DNA of 64,000 nucleotides. Origin: Anaerolineae bacterium. GTDB taxonomy: Bacteria; Chloroflexota; Anaerolineae; Anaerolineales; UBA4823. Below are positions 1 to 8,087 of the stretch, piece after piece (the stretch's first letter is position 1; every line of letters begins with the position of its first letter). The stretch is from NCBI GenBank assembly GCA_041479245.1, contig JBGOXS010000001.1, positions 77,647 to 141,646 of the forward strand, given 5' to 3'. Position numbers and translations under genes: made by a program. The notes under the pieces were generated by a model that saw nothing but the letters and a program-made list of their open reading frames with translations, did not search any database and was not told the origin of the DNA.

Positions 1-159
1 AAAATTAAACTCAAACTCATCCCGCAGCGCCTGGCTCACTTGCACAATCTTATCGGGCTCACAGATCAGGGTCGGCGGGTAGTTCATTAATTCCGATTCC
101 CGCAGACCATAACGGTCTTTCAACGCTTTTAATGTGGTTTTGAGGTGTTCTTCAGACAT
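1..159 (-). CDS. nuoC: NADH-quinone oxidoreductase subunit C, N-terminal part only (gene continues past window start)
   Basis: Not in the ORF track because it is truncated by the window edge. The reverse strand from the ATG at 157-159 reads MSEEHLKTTLKALKDRYGLRESELMNYPPTLICEPDKIVQVSQALRDEFEFNF. It lies 15 nt downstream of nuoB, in the canonical nuoA-B-C order. Confidence 0.6.
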   Translation of the reverse strand, partial: MSEEHLKTTLKALKDRYGLRESELMNYPPTLICEPDKIVQVSQALRDEFEFNF

Positions 160-174
160 TTCACATATCCGTGG

Positions 175-678
175 CTAAATCCAGGTATTGAGTTTCTCGT
201 GGCGAACTTTGTCTTGCAAAGTAATGATCCCATGGATCAGGGCTTCTGGGCGGGGCGGACATCCAGCTACATACACATCCACAGGTACAACCTCGTCCAC
301 CCCCTGAAGCAAGGCATAATTATTGAATACTCCACTGCATGAAGCACAGTCACCCATCGAGATAACCCATTTTGGGTCGGGCAGCTGGTCGTATAGACGG
401 CGAAGGACAGGCGCCATTTTTCGCGAAACACGTCCTGCAACAATCATCAGGTCTGACTGACGTGGGCTGGCGCGCATCAGCTCCATACCAAAGCGGCTCA
501 TATCATTATGAGCTGCTTGAGCGCTCATCATCTCGATGGCGCAGCAGGCTAAACCGAAAAGCATCGGCCACATGGCATTGGTGCGTGCCCAATTGACCAC
601 TTGTTCCAGGCCAACGGTGACGACACCCATGTTGCCGGTTTTTTGTTCTATTCCCATTCTAGTGCTCCCGTCTTCCAA
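175..678 (-). CDS. nuoB: NADH-quinone oxidoreductase subunit B
   Basis: Motifs [19 protein letters not shown] and GCPPRPE (cluster N2 cysteines). The likely true start is MGIEQK at 657, which overlaps the nuoA end by 10 nt. Confidence 0.95.
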   Translation of the reverse strand: MEDGSTRMGIEQKTGNMGVVTVGLEQVVNWARTNAMWPMLFGLACCAIEMMSAQAAHNDMSRFGMELMRASPRQSDLMIVAGRVSRKMAPVLRRLYDQLPDPKWVISMGDCASCSGVFNNYALLQGVDEVVPVDVYVAGCPPRPEALIHGIITLQDKVRHEKLNTWI

Positions 679-1019
679 GCATACACAAGGCCTACCAGTA
701 AAATGACAATAAAGATAATCATTTCAATGAGTGCAAATACCCCGGCCTGTTGCTGGACGAATTGTTTGAGCACTACTGCCCACGGGATGATGAAGATGAT
801 TTCGATGTCGAAGAGAATAAATAGCACTGCCACGAGATAAAAGCGCACCGGTACCCGGCGTGTGCCCGGTCCGATTGGATTCATACCTGATTCGTATGGC
901 ATTGACTTGCGTGCTGATGTACGCCTGGGGCCAAACAAATGACCGAGGGCAACAATAAAAAATCCGAAGACCACGGCCAAGATGACAATGACAGCAATAG
1001 GGATATATGGTGCTAGCAT
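648..1019 (-). CDS. nuoA: NADH-quinone oxidoreductase subunit A
   Basis: 123-aa three-TM protein with PYESG and the [18 protein letters not shown] signature typical of NuoA/ND3. It sits immediately upstream of nuoB. Confidence 0.92.
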   Translation of the reverse strand: MLAPYIPIAVIVILAVVFGFFIVALGHLFGPRRTSARKSMPYESGMNPIGPGTRRVPVRFYLVAVLFILFDIEIIFIIPWAVVLKQFVQQQAGVFALIEMIIFIVILLVGLVYAWKTGALEWE

Positions 1020-1186
1020 TTTGCCTCAGCAGTCAGTAAGTTTTTATGCCTAGTAACAGTCAGGTTATAACTACTACCAAAGTTAGCTCTCCACAATGGG
1101 AATATCCAATGAATCTTAGCGATATAACCCATCCTGACAAGATTTCACCTGATTCTGAACTCGTGAAGTTTATCATATGCATACTT

Positions 1187-1224
1187 CGGTGTCAATTTAC
1201 GTTTCTAATATGTGATTAACACCG
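1187..1224. promoter_or_regulatory. 10-bp inverted repeat (CGGTGTCAAT-N18-ATTAACACCG, 1 mismatch) in the rpoD-nuoA intergenic region
   Basis: Read directly from the sequence. It lies about 170 nt upstream of the nuoA start on the minus strand. No U-tract follows on either strand, so it looks more like an operator or RNA hairpin than a terminator. Confidence 0.3.
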
Positions 1225-1334
1225 AAAATTCACAAATGGAACGCCATGAGAGCATCTAGAAATCCACCCGCATGGCTGCCTTGGCGCTGCACAGCGAGAT
1301 GCTGTAGAAATAAATTGGTTAAATATTGTCTGAA

Positions 1335-3026
1335 TTAGATTAAAAAATCGCGCAGGTGCCGGCTGCGGGTAGGGTGACGTAGCTTGCGCAGAGCCTTGGC
1401 TTCAATTTGGCGGATGCGCTCGCGCGTGACGTTGAATGCCTGGCCTACTTCCTCCAGGGTATGGTCCTTGCCATCTAGCAGGCCAAAGCGCATCTCCAAG
1501 ACTTCCCTTTCGCGTGGTGAAAGTACTGCCAGGGCATTTTTGACCTGCTCGCGCAACATCTCGCGCGCCGCCGCGTCCATCGGCTCCTGGGCTTCTTCAT
1601 CCTCAATAAAATCCCCCAGCATACTGTTATCTTCGCTGCCCACCGGGCTTTCCAATGAGACGGGTTCTTCAGCAGCGCGCAGCACCTGCACCACCTTGGA
1701 AGCTGCCTGTGCCCAACGCATGTGCACATCGTGGGGTAAGATGCTGGCATCACCTTTGGCGTGCTGGATCACCAGTTTATCCTTCGGGTCCACAAAGTCA
1801 GCCTCCAGCGCTAATTCATCGGGGGTAGGAGACCGTCCCAGGGTTTGGGTGAGCTGGCGCTGGACCTGCATCAGTCGGTTGAAAGTTTCAAAGATGTGTA
1901 CCGGGATGCGGATCGTGCGTGCCTGGTCAGCAATCGAGCGGCTGATCGACTGACGGATCCACCAGGTGGCATAGGTGCTAAATTTATAACCACGTGAGGG
2001 GTCAAACTTTGAGACTGCCCTCAGCAATCCCAGGTTTCCTTCCTGGATCAAGTCGAGGAACGAGCTCCCGCGCCCGAGGTAGCGTTTAGCCACGCTCACC
2101 ACCAGCCGCAAGTTGGAACGGATCAAAATTTGCCTCGATTCCTGGGCACGATACTGGACGTCCTCAAGCATGGATCTTAAGCGGTCTTCATCCGGTAGCT
2201 TGACGCTTTCTTCTTCCACACTTTCATCATCTGAGTGCTGATTTTTCTTCGTTTTCTTTTTTACATCTTCATCGTCTGTCTGCTCACGATCAACTGCAAT
2301 CAACGCAGGCATTTTGTGCCTTTGGGAGTAAAAAATTTCAATCGCCTTGGCGGTCTCTTCAGGTAAAAGGTAAAAACAAATGAATACAATCAGCGCATTC
2401 CTGGCTACCTGATCCCATAAATGGTCAACTCCCCAGCGTCCGTTGTCCAAGTATGCCCGCAGGTAGGAGGGAGTGTCGCTTTCCCAGGTTTGCCTTAGAG
2501 TGCGAGCTTCCACGCGAATCGAGGACAGATCCGGGCTGTCATAACCCAGGCGATGAGTATCTTCCACCAAGCGCCGCCAGGCAACCCCAAGCTCATCCGA
2601 CGTGGCGAGATAGATACTGGTGGAATAATACTGGCCTCGGCGCGCAATGGGGTGATCACGGTTAATCACATCTACCCGGCGGGCTGCCTCGATGCGCGTC
2701 GCTAGCCAGAACTCGTAATCAACACTCAGCAGCTCGATTTCGCCAATTTCACGCAGATAAAGCCTGACCGGGTCTTCACTCAGCTCAGCCTCCAGGGTTG
2801 GGCTGAGCAGATCGAGCGGCTCGTCTTCCGCAATGCCACTCAATCCGTCGGCTTCACGCACGAGGAGGTCCTCATCCGGCTCATCGATGACCACATCGGA
2901 ATCGATCTCAGACAGTATTTCATCCACCTCCTCACCCGTCTGGGTGTGGAGTTCCTTCTCATCATCTTCGGATAGGTTCTCTACTGATGAGTCTTTTTCC
3001 TTAGTTCTTTTCCGTTGGCGAGCCAT
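1335..3026 (-). CDS. rpoD: RNA polymerase primary sigma factor (sigma-70 family) with acidic N-terminal extension
   Basis: [31 protein letters not shown] (region 2.3/2.4), the region 4.2 [33 protein letters not shown], and an acidic region 1.1. Confidence 0.95.
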   Translation of the reverse strand: MARQRKRTKEKDSSVENLSEDDEKELHTQTGEEVDEILSEIDSDVVIDEPDEDLLVREADGLSGIAEDEPLDLLSPTLEAELSEDPVRLYLREIGEIELLSVDYEFWLATRIEAARRVDVINRDHPIARRGQYYSTSIYLATSDELGVAWRRLVEDTHRLGYDSPDLSSIRVEARTLRQTWESDTPSYLRAYLDNGRWGVDHLWDQVARNALIVFICFYLLPEETAKAIEIFYSQRHKMPALIAVDREQTDDEDVKKKTKKNQHSDDESVEEESVKLPDEDRLRSMLEDVQYRAQESRQILIRSNLRLVVSVAKRYLGRGSSFLDLIQEGNLGLLRAVSKFDPSRGYKFSTYATWWIRQSISRSIADQARTIRIPVHIFETFNRLMQVQRQLTQTLGRSPTPDELALEADFVDPKDKLVIQHAKGDASILPHDVHMRWAQAASKVVQVLRAAEEPVSLESPVGSEDNSMLGDFIEDEEAQEPMDAAAREMLREQVKNALAVLSPREREVLEMRFGLLDGKDHTLEEVGQAFNVTRERIRQIEAKALRKLRHPTRSRHLRDFLI

Positions 3027-3066
3027 TCCCCAATTATCCTCTAAATTGTCATTTTTGGCGAATCAT

Positions 3067-3126
3067 TGTATCCGTGATCGGATCTTTGTAGCCATGATCG
3101 GGTTTTTGTAGCTGTGATCGTTGATC
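3067..3126. repeat. Three tandem 20-bp repeats (TGTAkCyrTGATCGkk...) in the rpoD 5' leader/promoter region
   Basis: The three units are tgtatccgtgatcggatctt, tgtagccatgatcgggtttt and tgtagctgtgatcgttgatc. The last unit extends into a perfect palindrome GTGATC-gtt-GATCAC (3113-3127). The array lies 41-100 nt upstream of the rpoD ATG. Confidence 0.7.
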
Positions 3127-3234
3127 ACGGCCTATGCGGTTCTGGCCGGAGTGCCTTTGTCTGGGCGAATCGCGACTCGCCCAGTCAATATATTCGATCC
3201 TTTTACGGGTAATTTTCTGGAATGCGACCCACCC

Positions 3235-3879
3235 TCACTTTGCTGGTCGCCACATAAACCAGGTGGGTAATCCAATGATTGCTTTCTCGTGGGTGACTTG
3301 GAATCCAAATCGCTGATAATAAACGGTATTAACTGGATTGGCATTTTCCAGGTAACACCCCGACCCTTCAGCATCAGCTCTATCACACAAATGCTTCAAA
3401 ATCGCTGAACCCACGCCCATCCCCTGGTATTCGAGTTCCACACCAATATATTCCAGGTAATAATGCGGTTCGGATGGATGCATTTTGTCCACTTCATTCA
3501 GCCACTTAATCCAACCACCTATATCATAAAAACCGTTCCCCCATATCGATTTCAACAGCAGCCTCCATTGAACAAACGCCGGTAAGGGGTATGCCCCAGG
3601 GGGATAGATCACTGCTGCCCCCAAGATTTTATTACCAGCGTTCGCCTGAACGGGACTGCCTCTCAGCACACATTCCATCACTTCAGCGGTGAAATCAACC
3701 ATCAGGGCTTTGATCCGCCTGTCCACTGAGAAATCATGATATACAGCCACTGAAACCGGCTCGTAGACGAATGCCCGGCTAAGCACCTGCGCTGCCTGTC
3801 GATAGGTATGCTGCGTGGTCGGCTGGATTTCAATGGGCATGACCATATTGGATGGAGCCTCCTTAGATGTTGTGGTCAT
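3235..3879 (-). CDS. GNAT-family N-acetyltransferase
   Basis: C-terminal acetyl-CoA motif A (YQGMGVGSAILKHL) followed by YLENANPVNTVYYQRFGF. It lies between dnaG and rpoD on the same strand. Confidence 0.8.
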   Translation of the reverse strand: MTTTSKEAPSNMVMPIEIQPTTQHTYRQAAQVLSRAFVYEPVSVAVYHDFSVDRRIKALMVDFTAEVMECVLRGSPVQANAGNKILGAAVIYPPGAYPLPAFVQWRLLLKSIWGNGFYDIGGWIKWLNEVDKMHPSEPHYYLEYIGVELEYQGMGVGSAILKHLCDRADAEGSGCYLENANPVNTVYYQRFGFQVTHEKAIIGLPTWFMWRPAK

Positions 3880-3900
3880 GAATCCATTACCGAGTTTTTT

Positions 3901-5802
3901 TTACCTGGAACTCATAAACCGTTTCTGTGCCTGGTGAATGCTCCGGAGAGACCGAGTGCATTTTGCAATGCCTTCTTCGTTCTCCCTGGTGCGGGGTTCT
4001 CCCGTCTGTACCGCTTCGTCCATCTGGTAGCGCAACTGGTTCATGATCTCATTCACCTGGCGCCGGCGGATTTCCAACAAGGCGCGCATAACATCGTCGC
4101 GCACCCGATCTTCCTTCGGGTCAAGTTTATCGGTCCGCTCCAACAACGTGTCTACAATTTCCATCAACGGAAGCGAGAGTCTGTTTAGCACATAATTCAT
4201 CGGCTCCGTTTGGTCCTGGGTCAATGATTCTTTCACCAGCCCAAAGATCGCTTGAAACTCAGCACGTTCAAAATCCAGTCGCGATAAGTTGGTAAGATGA
4301 TCTTTATTCAATTCCCGATCGATATAGAATACCATCTCGGGTCGGCGCACAAGGATGCCGAGGCAATGTGCCTCAAGCAAGGTATTCCCTGATTGAATGA
4401 CCAGTTCAGGCTTAAGTTCCGTCGCAATAGTTTGAACTGGCCTAGTCCGGCGACGCGTGGGGCGTGTGGTACTCTCACCTCGCACCAACAATCGTTCATC
4501 GACCTTGATCAGGCGCGCTAGCTGCTGCCGGTACGCTTCGCGTTCGATTGCATCAGGGACTTCATTGATTAATGGCATCACCTGACCGGCAATGTCAGAT
4601 TTAGTCTTGGGATCGTTCACATCCCGGCCTGCTGCCAGGGTTTCCATCACGTGGATCACTACCGGTTTGGCGTTCTCGAGGATGTGCTGCCATTCAGCCG
4701 GATCGCGCTTGACAACTTCATCCGGGTCCATCCCCTCGGGGAGCGTGGTGACGCGTATATCTGCCTGCAGACGTGACTCGTATGCCAACAAGCCGCGTGC
4801 ATCAAAGACCGGCTCAGACTCACGATCCATTGCCTGGCGTGCCACCTGCAAGCCACGCATGGTTGCCTTATCACCTGCCGTATCGGGGTCGAGCGCCAGG
4901 ACGAAACGCTTGGTAAGCCGTTTGAGCAAGCGCATCTGGTGCTCGGTTAGAGCCGTCCCCATGGGTGAGACGGTATTCGTGAAGCCAGCCTGATGCAGTC
5001 CGATCACGTCCAGGTACCCCTCAACGATCACCACTTGATCCAATGCCCGGATTGGGTTGCGGGCATGCTCTAAACCATACAGCAAAGCGCTCTTATCAAA
5101 TACCGGCGTCTGGGGAGAGTTCATGAATTTGGGGATATCGTTCGGGTCAAGGATGCGCCCGCCAAAACCTGCCATCCGCCCGCGTCCATCCCGGATAGGA
5201 AACATGATCCGGTGGCGGAATTTGTCGTAAACCGACCCATCCTCCCGCTCCGAGACCAATCCGGCTTCTAACAGCTGCGCTTCCGACCGCCCTTTGCCTC
5301 TGAAGTATTGGATGATCGCCCCGTGTGAATTGGGAGCGTATCCCAAAGCGAAGGTTTTAATGATTTCGTCACTTAACTCTCGCTTGTGTAAATACTCGAG
5401 CGCTTTTTGACCGTCAGGGGAATTACTCAGCTGATGATGGTAATAAATAGCAGCTTCTTCCAGCATAGCACGGATTTGGGCATGTTCCTCTTCGGCAACC
5501 AGGTCTTCCGGTGTTTGCGGTTTGAGCTGGACCCCCGCCTTATCCGCCAGGTATTTAAGCGCCTCCGGGAAATCCCAGCCCTGTTTCTTCATTGTGAAGC
5601 TGAAGATATCGCCGCCTTCATTGCACTGCCCAAAACAGCGCCAGGTGCCTGAGATAGGAAATACTACGAAAGAGGGTGTTCGTGTGTTGGTATGGAAGGG
5701 GCAGAAACCGGTGTAATTCTTACCGGAATGCTTGAGCTGTACAGACTCTGATACCAGGTCTACGATATCGATGCGCGCTTTGATTTCATCAATCGAGGAC
5801 AT
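3901..5802 (-). CDS. dnaG: DNA primase
   Basis: N-terminal zinc ribbon CPFHTNTRTPSFVV...RCFGQC, the TOPRIM segment VVIVEGYLDVIGLHQAG, and a DPD metal motif (ALDPDTAGDKA). Confidence 0.95.
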   Translation of the reverse strand: MSSIDEIKARIDIVDLVSESVQLKHSGKNYTGFCPFHTNTRTPSFVVFPISGTWRCFGQCNEGGDIFSFTMKKQGWDFPEALKYLADKAGVQLKPQTPEDLVAEEEHAQIRAMLEEAAIYYHHQLSNSPDGQKALEYLHKRELSDEIIKTFALGYAPNSHGAIIQYFRGKGRSEAQLLEAGLVSEREDGSVYDKFRHRIMFPIRDGRGRMAGFGGRILDPNDIPKFMNSPQTPVFDKSALLYGLEHARNPIRALDQVVIVEGYLDVIGLHQAGFTNTVSPMGTALTEHQMRLLKRLTKRFVLALDPDTAGDKATMRGLQVARQAMDRESEPVFDARGLLAYESRLQADIRVTTLPEGMDPDEVVKRDPAEWQHILENAKPVVIHVMETLAAGRDVNDPKTKSDIAGQVMPLINEVPDAIEREAYRQQLARLIKVDERLLVRGESTTRPTRRRTRPVQTIATELKPELVIQSGNTLLEAHCLGILVRRPEMVFYIDRELNKDHLTNLSRLDFERAEFQAIFGLVKESLTQDQTEPMNYVLNRLSLPLMEIVDTLLERTDKLDPKEDRVRDDVMRALLEIRRRQVNEIMNQLRYQMDEAVQTGEPRTRENEEGIAKCTRSLRSIHQAQKRFMSSR

Positions 5803-5926
5803 AGGCTTCTCTCATCGGGTATGAAGCTGAATAAGCTCGGTTAGATTATACCAGCCGCAAATGGCGGGTTTCGGGCGGAACATATGTAAACTGCATCTGC
5901 ACAATTGAAATCTTCGCCAACTACCC

Positions 5927-5954
5927 TTGACGATAAATAATAATTATGTATAAT
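5927..5954 (+). promoter_or_regulatory. Sigma-70-type promoter for the ArsR-DUF2087 gene pair
   Basis: TTGACG (5927-5932), a 16-nt spacer, then TATAAT (5949-5954) preceded by TG. It lies about 90 nt upstream of the 6042 start. Confidence 0.6.
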
Positions 5955-5982
5955 TAATTCGATACTTATCTAATTAATTCGA
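5951..5982. promoter_or_regulatory. Candidate operator: direct repeat TAATTAATTCGA x2, 20 bp centre to centre, each containing the palindrome AATTAATT
   Basis: Identical 12-mers at 5951-5962 and 5971-5982. The first overlaps the -10 hexamer. This geometry is typical of autoregulated wHTH repressors. Confidence 0.45.
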
Positions 5983-6041
5983 ACATATTAGATGATTGGA
6001 CGGCGTAATAAAGCGATAATACCGCCGAATAAAAGGACTTT

Positions 6042-6647
6042 ATGATAAACGCACTTTCTATACAGAACGACGAACAGTTATTAACCTTCTTCAAGGCTCT
6101 GGCAGATGCCAACCGGCTGAAGATCATAGGATTGCTCTCCCAGCAGCCATACTCGGTTGAACAGCTCGCAGCTCTGCTAAACTTAAGGCCACCCACTGTC
6201 TCGCACCATCTGAAACTACTTTCGGAAGCCGGGCTGGTGAGTGCACGGGCGGAAAGCTATTACAACGTATATCAGCTCGAATCAGGTGCATTGGAGCAAA
6301 TCGCCACCAGCCTGCTTGCTCAGGATAAACTGCCGAAAATGGCATCTGATGTGGATATGGAAGCCTACGACAAAATGGTTCTGCGCAACGTTATGCTGCC
6401 AGATGGTAGATTAAAAGTCATCCCAGCCCAACGTAAAAAACGCGAAGTAGTGCTCAGGCACATCCTCAAAGAATTTCAGCTCGGTATCCGCTACACTGAG
6501 CAGCAAGTCAATGAGATCCTTACTCGTTTCCACAATGATACTGCCACTCTGAGGCGCGAGATGATCGTTTACAAGCTGATGGATCGGGCTGAAGGAGAAT
6601 ATTGGAAAATTGAGAATGAAATGGACGATGAAGGTAGAGAGAAATGA
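6042..6647 (+). CDS. ArsR-family wHTH transcriptional regulator with C-terminal DUF2087-like domain
   Basis: LADANRLKIIGLLSQQPYSVEQLAALLNLRPPTVSHHLKLLSEAGLV (ArsR HTH). The C-terminal half (DGRLKVIPAQRKKREVVLRHILKEF...YTEQQVNEIL) matches my recollection of DUF2087. Confidence 0.8.
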   Translation: MINALSIQNDEQLLTFFKALADANRLKIIGLLSQQPYSVEQLAALLNLRPPTVSHHLKLLSEAGLVSARAESYYNVYQLESGALEQIATSLLAQDKLPKMASDVDMEAYDKMVLRNVMLPDGRLKVIPAQRKKREVVLRHILKEFQLGIRYTEQQVNEILTRFHNDTATLRREMIVYKLMDRAEGEYWKIENEMDDEGREK

Positions 6648-7198
6648 ACACACTAAGGAACGATGATGAATTATCGAATTTCATGAAATCGCTCGCCGAT
6701 GCGGAACGTTTGAAAATCGCCGGGTTGCTGGGGGTTGAGGCGCTCACCGCAGACGAAGCGGCACAGCGCCTGGGGATGGAACCCGTTCAAGTGGCGCACC
6801 ATCTGGAGGTGCTCGTGGATACCGGGCTAGCGCATAAGGAAGGCAGCCTCTACCGGTTGGATAGCCAGGCGCTTGAAAAGCTCACCCGCAAGGTGCTGGC
6901 CCAATCTCGTCCGCCAGCGCTTGAATATGAGGGCGACGAATTCGAGGTCAAAACGCTGCGGGCGTATATTGCGCGGGATGGCACTCTAAAATCCATCCCT
7001 ACTCAACAGAAGAAGCTCTTGGTCATCTTGAAACAACTGGTCAAAGACTTCGAGCCGGGAATGAAGTATCCCGAAGCCCAAGTCAATAAGACGCTCGGGA
7101 GATATCATGAAGATTACGCCGCCCTGCGACGATACATGGTGGATAACGGTTTGCTACAGCGTGAGAAAGGCGTCTACTGGCGAACTGCAGGTCAGTGA
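6644..7198 (+). CDS. Second ArsR-like/DUF2087 regulator (tandem paralog)
   Basis: Same two-domain layout (LADAERLKIAGLL...VAHHLEVLVDTGL, then DGTLKSIPTQQKKLLVILKQLVKDF). Its start overlaps the upstream stop (ATGA), which suggests translational coupling. Confidence 0.75.
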   Translation: MNTLRNDDELSNFMKSLADAERLKIAGLLGVEALTADEAAQRLGMEPVQVAHHLEVLVDTGLAHKEGSLYRLDSQALEKLTRKVLAQSRPPALEYEGDEFEVKTLRAYIARDGTLKSIPTQQKKLLVILKQLVKDFEPGMKYPEAQVNKTLGRYHEDYAALRRYMVDNGLLQREKGVYWRTAGQ

Positions 7199-7221
7199 TA
7201 AATCATTCCAACGAACCGAAT

Positions 7222-7259
7222 AAATGCCGCATAGCTAAAGTGTGCGGCATTTTTATTTT
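7222..7259 (+). terminator. Rho-independent terminator after the ArsR pair
   Basis: Perfect 9-bp stem aatgccgca/tgcggcatt with an 11-nt loop, followed by tttatttt. Confidence 0.75.
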
Positions 7260-7415
7260 ACCGTCATAAAATGTCAATGGTTAAAGGTTTAGCTTAGCTC
7301 CAGCTAATATAAAACTCGGTCAGATTAAGTGAGTGGGATTATCTCATCAACCCGTAATGTGTGGCGAATGCATCATTATCATCGTACAGATGATATCCAT
7401 ATAAGATGTACACCA

Positions 7416-8087
7416 TCACTCTGTCTTCGCCAACCGGGTCAAGAATAAGCCGTGAATGGCCCCCACTACCATTCCAGTCAATAACAAAATGACGCCCATA
7501 CACAGAATAATAGATGAAAGATTTCCTAACTTCTGGATAGCATCGATGCCCCAAAAGATGATTGGCATTCCTACCATCCAGGCAAGCATGTTCGCAGGAA
7601 TCCAAATGGATGCTCCTTGCACTTTGCCGCGCATCGTGATCCATTGTGGAAAGGACAACACCGCCCCACCTACCGCACCCAACCCAGCTGCGAGCAACAG
7701 AACCAACCATTGGCCGGGTTCGGCTATAGTTGCCTGGCTTGTAGAGGTCTGCTCACCCAGGCTCATCAGGGTGGAAGGTAAGTAACCCAACACATAAGCA
7801 ACTAATGCTCCAACCAGGGTAGCCAACCACCAGGCTCTTTGCTTTATCACAGGGAACCAGGGATGCATCGCCTGCCACTGTGCCAAGCCGACCACGGTGG
7901 CTTCGATAGCCCCACTGGCAACCGCTACCAGGAAGATTAAAAGGATTCCGGCCACGCTGTGTTGATTTCCCAGTCTGGATATCACTGCCACCCCCACCGC
8001 AAATGTCAGCCCCAGACCGAACATCTCTCCCAGACCATTTGCTGCCACCCAACGTAGCCATAAAGTAGTCGAGAATTTTGAATTCAT
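7416..8087 (-). CDS. Integral membrane protein, unknown function (about 6 TM)
   Basis: 223 aa and hydrophobic throughout. Its start overlaps the stop of the upstream DUF711 gene by 4 nt. Confidence 0.6.
   Translation of the reverse strand: MNSKFSTTLWLRWVAANGLGEMFGLGLTFAVGVAVISRLGNQHSVAGILLIFLVAVASGAIEATVVGLAQWQAMHPWFPVIKQRAWWLATLVGALVAYVLGYLPSTLMSLGEQTSTSQATIAEPGQWLVLLLAAGLGAVGGAVLSFPQWITMRGKVQGASIWIPANMLAWMVGMPIIFWGIDAIQKLGNLSSIILCMGVILLLTGMVVGAIHGLFLTRLAKTE

Noticed and set aside
1205-1240. A Rex- or CRP-type site (TGTGA ... TCACA) upstream of nuoA.
   Set aside because: The half-sites are about 15 nt apart rather than the 6-nt spacing of the known TGTGA-N6-TCACA operators.
1384-1953. Long antisense or alternative-frame ORFs inside recognised genes, for example 1384-1953 (+) within rpoD, 47690-48160 (-), 55826-56521 (+), 58570-59265 (-) and 12846-13343 (+).
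   Set aside because: They lie entirely within well-supported genes on the opposite strand or in another frame. Their composition is low-complexity and Arg/Ser/Pro-rich, typical of shadow ORFs in GC-richer coding DNA, and they have no RBS or recognisable motifs.
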